64,000 bases of DNA, taken from contig OZ059896.1 in the NCBI GenBank assembly GCA_964057225.1, positions 15,190,001 through 15,254,000 of the forward strand, read 5' to 3'. The notes below the pieces were generated by a model. The model was not told the DNA's origin. It did no database searches and saw nothing but the letters and a program-made list of their open reading frames with translations. A program made the translations under genes and the position numbers. Origin of the DNA: Auanema rhodensis (lineage: Eukaryota; Animalia; Nematoda). Below, in pieces: positions 59,342-64,000 of this stretch. Each line of letters starts with the position of its first letter. Positions within the stretch are counted from its first letter, which is position 1.

Positions 59342-60900
59342 TTAGAACTCTATTTCCCGGGGATCCAGTTGGATGGAGTTCCTAAACAAAACGTTAAAAT
59401 TAGCTAAAACATGAGTTTGCAACCTATACGTCTTGCGTAGTTCAGCAGCAATCGACGCAGCTAATGGCCTATCCAGCGTATTAAATTCAATTTCGTCATC
59501 AATCATAGCTAAACCATTAAAGGCTGGAGATGACAGTAATGATGAAAAATCTAAACGCGGCGAGCTTTCCGATGAGCAAGCTGAAAATTATTTACAAAAT
59601 CTTTAACAAAAGAAAAACAAATTACTTTGTGCATAGCTTGTTGATCTTGGATGTAATGGTGGTGGTGGATAACTGTGTATTGGAGGTACAGCATCTGAAA
59701 ATTCAAGTTTTACTTTTCAATTTTAATCGAGCGTGATGATTGAAACTTGAAGCATTAAAATTTTCAGTTCATAAAAGGACAAAATGTCTTGATTTGTTAA
59801 GAAAAAACAGAAAATCATACAAATAGTATCGTTACGAGATGAAACATATCTTGGTGGTGGTTGAGGCAATCGAATTGTTTCCATTTTCTCATTCTAAAAA
59901 CAAATTTAAAGTTTTTCTTTAAATTTCTGAGGGAAAAAATGACAAAAACGATTAATTCCATAAATTTATATGCAAATAACCTTTTCCATTGTACATTTGA
60001 GCTCTTTAACCGATATTGTCGGTGGATCTGGTAAGCTATCCAAAATAGAAGGAGATAAATAAATTCTGAAATATTTTGAGTCATTTTTATTTCAAAGAAC
60101 TCAAAATGTTCTTTACTCTGTTGAATTTGTTCTACTTTTCTCCAATTCATTCACATCAATATGATCCGATACACATGTTGAATCTGTATTTCTGCAAAAA
60201 TATTCAGAAGCTTTAAAGATTTGATGAGATTGCTTTTACGATTTTGTATCATCGGAGGTAATTCCTACATTGAGAAAACCACTTGCTTTTATGGATGCTA
60301 CAGATTCATTAGTTATAACTGGTGGAGTTGAAAAACGGTCGAATGGCTGAAATTAAAAGATTATGATTACGACCAAATTTGAGAAAAAGATTGAACATAC
60401 ATGAACTATCTGAACTCGACTTTTATGTTTTTGTCCTCCATATGTGTGTTTTAACATCTGGAAATCAATTAGTTATCTTTAAATAGTTCATAATCATTTG
60501 AATATAATAATTGAATGATCAACAAGAACGAAAAAGGAGTAAATCTGATTGGAAACAACAAGTAACATGAAGAGGTCGTCATCCACAGCACATCCCGGTG
60601 GCTGTAAGCTGTTGATTGGTGGTTCAAATCGATTTGACCATATTGGCATAGAGGGACCCTTCTCTCTCTCTCACTCTCTTTTCCCCCTCTCTCTTTTGTA
60701 ATTAGGGTAGCATGTTCTAGAGACAGACATCGGCACATGAAAAGAGTATGAGATTTAGAGAAAATAATAGAATGAGAAACATAAAGATATTAGATAGAAT
60801 GAAAGAAAATAATAAGAGATTGAGAGAAAAAGAGGAATAAATCATGATTATGATGAAAAGAACACCTGTTCTTTCTATTTTTGTTCTCTTCTTTCTCTTC

Positions 60901-60978
<78 letters not shown>

Positions 60979-61008
60979 CTTTCTCTCTCTCTCTCTTTCT
61001 CACTCTTT

Positions 61009-61060
<52 letters not shown>

Positions 61061-61092
61061 TTTTCTCTCCCTCTTTTCTCTCTCTCTATTTC

Positions 61093-61124
<32 letters not shown>

Positions 61125-62329
61125 CCCCTCTTGTATTTTATTTATGTATTTCAATATTTTATAAATATTTATTAAAAATAGTCAAAATCTTTGTTCTAAA
61201 AAGTGTAGACAAAACTCCGATTGAGATGTGTTTTCCAATTTCTTCAAATATTTTAATTTTTTTAACAAAAGAGACAAAAGAATTCACAGTCTTGGAGCAA
61301 AAAAGTAAATAATGGCTTTCTTTGAAGGTAAAATTGAGTTAAACTTACATCCACAATATGACGTAATGCTTTTCTAGGCATAATTCGAGAAGCAATGTAA
61401 GCCATAGCTGAAGAAAATCCGAGTAAGATCAGAATCATGAAGAAGAGTAGAAGCCGGTACAGACCAAAATCACATTTCTCAAGATCTGTAGTGTAACTGA
61501 GATGTTGAATTGAAAATAAATGATTCAAATCACCTTTACTATAATTGACTTTCAGAAATTTAGAAAGAATTTGTTGATTGGCAAACCCAAATGAATTATA
61601 ATGATGCGGACATTTCTAAATTTAAAAAAATTGAAAAAGAAAGTTAATTTGAATAAATAAATTTTCTTTTACTTTTTTTAAAATCTTCTTTTGTTTATAT
61701 AGAGTGATGAAAATCAAAATATCTTAAGTTGTCTTAACATCAAGCTGCTAAAGTTTTTCATACTTTTTCAGTCTATATTCTTTGTGTCAGAGCATTCATT
61801 AATTTTTTTCTGTGGAGATTAAAACAATTTTAGTTGTATATGGAGTGGAATTACGTCAAGATGGAGAAGACTATCGCCTATCGCCTCTCCGGATAGACGA
61901 CGTAAATCCTCAACTGCAGCATCTCAGATGCTCCAATGATAGAGTTATAGTAGTGGTGGTAGTAGTAATAGTGACTAACATCAGACATCCCTCTACCCCT
62001 CTTCTTCAGATACATACTCTCCCTCTTTTTTTCTTTTTATTTCTCTCTTTCTATCCTTAAGCTTCATCTGTATCTGCTCAAGCTGTCCATCACCTTTTAG
62101 CCTTCCAGCGTCTAATGAAATAGGATATGGTACTGCCGGTCTGTCCATCGAAATCTAAGTCGAGTCCATTAAAATTCTTGGAAAACCAAAAGAAAATAGT
62201 ATGAAAGATGGCAAAAAGTGAAAATGGAGGACGTTTGTAACGATATGGTGAGGTGAGAAAACGGATGATGAGCATCTTCGCTGCTTCTGCTTGAACATCT
62301 AACGAATCCATTTTTGGACTGGAAGTCAT
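59342..62329 (-). CDS. Uncharacterised membrane protein with a Pro/Ser-rich cytoplasmic tail (~10 exons)
   Basis: Exon 62093-62329 (MTSSPKMDS...RRWKAK) joins in phase to exon ~61349-61497 (TM segment RLLLFFMILILLGFSSAMAYIA, GTAAGT donor), then eight small exons 60457-59342 (MLKHTYGG...LPQPPPRY...TIYAVPPIHSYPPPPLHPRS...DPREIEF-TAA). The first junction uses a weak GTGATG donor, so the 5' end is less certain. Confidence 0.68.
60890..61128. repeat. Long compound (CT)n/(CTTT) microsatellite, ~240 bp polypyrimidine tract
   Basis: Almost pure C/T tract inside an intron of the 59342-62329 gene. Confidence 0.95.
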
Positions 62330-63030
62330 TCCCAGCCAAGAAATACGAGAAATAGTTTTAAACTATATTTGAACTTTCTAAATTATTCAAAGTTCAAACA
62401 TTCAAGATATATATCTAGTGAGTGATTATGCTGAAATCTGATGTATTACTCTATTTTTAAATTTCAAATAAAAAGAATTTCAATAAATATTATTCTTAAA
62501 TTTATAAAAATTTTCAGATGCTACAGTAAAGAAATATTTTGATTTGAAAGAATCGCTTATAAGAAAATTGTCAAATTAACAGCTTCAGCATGTCAAGCTT
62601 AATTGGTGACAATGCTCGATGCTTTTGGATTACTTCATCAATTTTGAAGTACGGAAGTATTGAAGAAACATGAAAACATATTAACTTCATATTCATACAA
62701 GGTTACAACCAATAGTGCGTTTGTGGCAATGACAAATGAAATGAACTGCTTTATATGAAACATTTCCACGTAAGACTTTCACGTGACGTTCATATTCAAA
62801 TTCAAATAATTTCAAATATAGATTGTTTAGTATTTTCTATGACATATAATAATATTACATATCTAGATGCTTTTTCTTTAAGTCAATGTTACAAATATGA
62901 ATTATGCGACTGCCACCCCCACAGATTGCAGGTCTTGCTGCTGCCGGATCGTCACACTATCCGATGGCTATTCTCGTTTCCAGACTATCCTTCAGACCTA
63001 CGAATCTGTGTGTTGGAGGCGTCAAGCTTG

Positions 63031-63038
63031 TGACGTCA
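63031..63038. promoter_or_regulatory. Palindromic CRE (TGACGTCA) upstream of the neuropeptide gene
   Basis: Exact CRE about 220 nt upstream of a short non-coding exon (63258-63284). Two GCTCCGCC Sp1/KLF-like boxes lie at ~63145 and ~63168. Confidence 0.45.
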
Positions 63039-63615
63039 TCAACGTTCTTCTTCCTATAGCATAAACTAAACTTTATCTCTTCTATCTTACTCAATTTCTT
63101 CAGCTTTTCTCACGCTTGCAAGTCCATTCAAAACAGCCTCTATGCTCCGCCCAAATTTTTAACACAAGCTCCGCCTATCGTTGTTAGCTTATAGAGACGT
63201 TAATCGAGCAAGAAAATCCTCACTTCTGATCCTCTGGTATCTGCTAGCAGATTTCAGAGCTACTCTTCTCCAAAAGTTGAAAAGGTAGGTTCAAAAGACC
63301 TTTTTTCCTCTTTAATATCAAGAAGTTACTTTTCTTTTGTTCTTAAAACATCTTCTTTTCTCTTTTCTCTCATTCACGTTCTCTCATTTGATATTATTTC
63401 GTTTTCTTATTCTTTCTGTCTATATATAGACATTTCTCTATGAATATTGCAAACTTTTCCTCGTCTTTGGGCTTGGGTTAAACAGCGTTACCTATGCTTT
63501 CCATTATGCTCTTCCTCTTGAAAGCTTTTTTTCATTCATTCAAATTTCTCAAAATATTTTTATTTATATCATATATTTATTTGTTTTTTATTCTTTGCAC
63601 TCAATATAATTTAGG

Positions 63616-63757
63616 ATGAATCAAATAACTTGGATATTGCTTTCTTTAACTATCGCTTACTGTACTCTAGCTGCTCCAGCTTCTTCTTCAGACTATTCTG
63701 ACAGATCTGTCACACTAAAGCGTGGAGCCCGAGTACGTGAGCTCTTAGGAAAGCGAG
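63616..63757 (+). CDS. Neuropeptide precursor, first coding exon (gene continues beyond the window)
   Basis: TTTAG acceptor then MNQITWILLSLTIAYCTLA (signal peptide) APASSSDYSDRSVTL-KR-GARVRELL-G-KR, followed by a GTAAAA donor. Dibasic sites and a Gly amide donor are present. Confidence 0.82.
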
Positions 63758-64000
63758 GTAAAAATGATTTTTCTTTTGATTATCAATTCGCGCATTTCAC
63801 TTCATTTTACTATTTAAGCCTGCCATATAGCCTTGTAATTTTGAAAATTTGTAGTTTCTGCCAAGAATATTTTAAGATATTTGAAGAATAGTTATTCAAA
63901 AAAGATTATTAGAAAACAAGTTGAACGTTATGTTTTAAAAAAAAATTTATAAAGAAAGTAAGAGGTAAGATGGATACTCGTTGTTATTAAGATAGAGGGT

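Overview
AT-rich eukaryotic DNA from a rhabditid-like nematode: many 40-50 nt introns, TTTCAG/TTTTAG acceptors and abundant GA/CT microsatellites. The species cannot be determined from sequence alone. The ORF track is largely uninformative because the genes are split, so I assembled them by hand from splice sites. From left to right: plastin/fimbrin (+), tail-to-tail with Prickle (-); a ~14 kb region upstream of Prickle with no recognisable gene; CFIm68/59-like cfim-2 (-); a type-B carboxylesterase (+) with an intron-containing tRNA-Tyr nested in one intron; Rap1 (-); a type-2 HIG1-domain protein (-); ~10 kb with no recognisable gene; a 4-TM protein (+); an orphan protein (-); a TM protein with a proline-rich tail (-); and the first coding exon of a neuropeptide precursor (+). 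I cannot confidently claim a new biological system. The best leads are: a heavily self-complementary 254-nt intron in the orphan gene (possible intronic ncRNA), the unassigned amidated neuropeptide, repeated GC-AG introns, a nuclear-receptor half-site cluster in a Prickle intron, and a possible alternative last exon of cfim-2.
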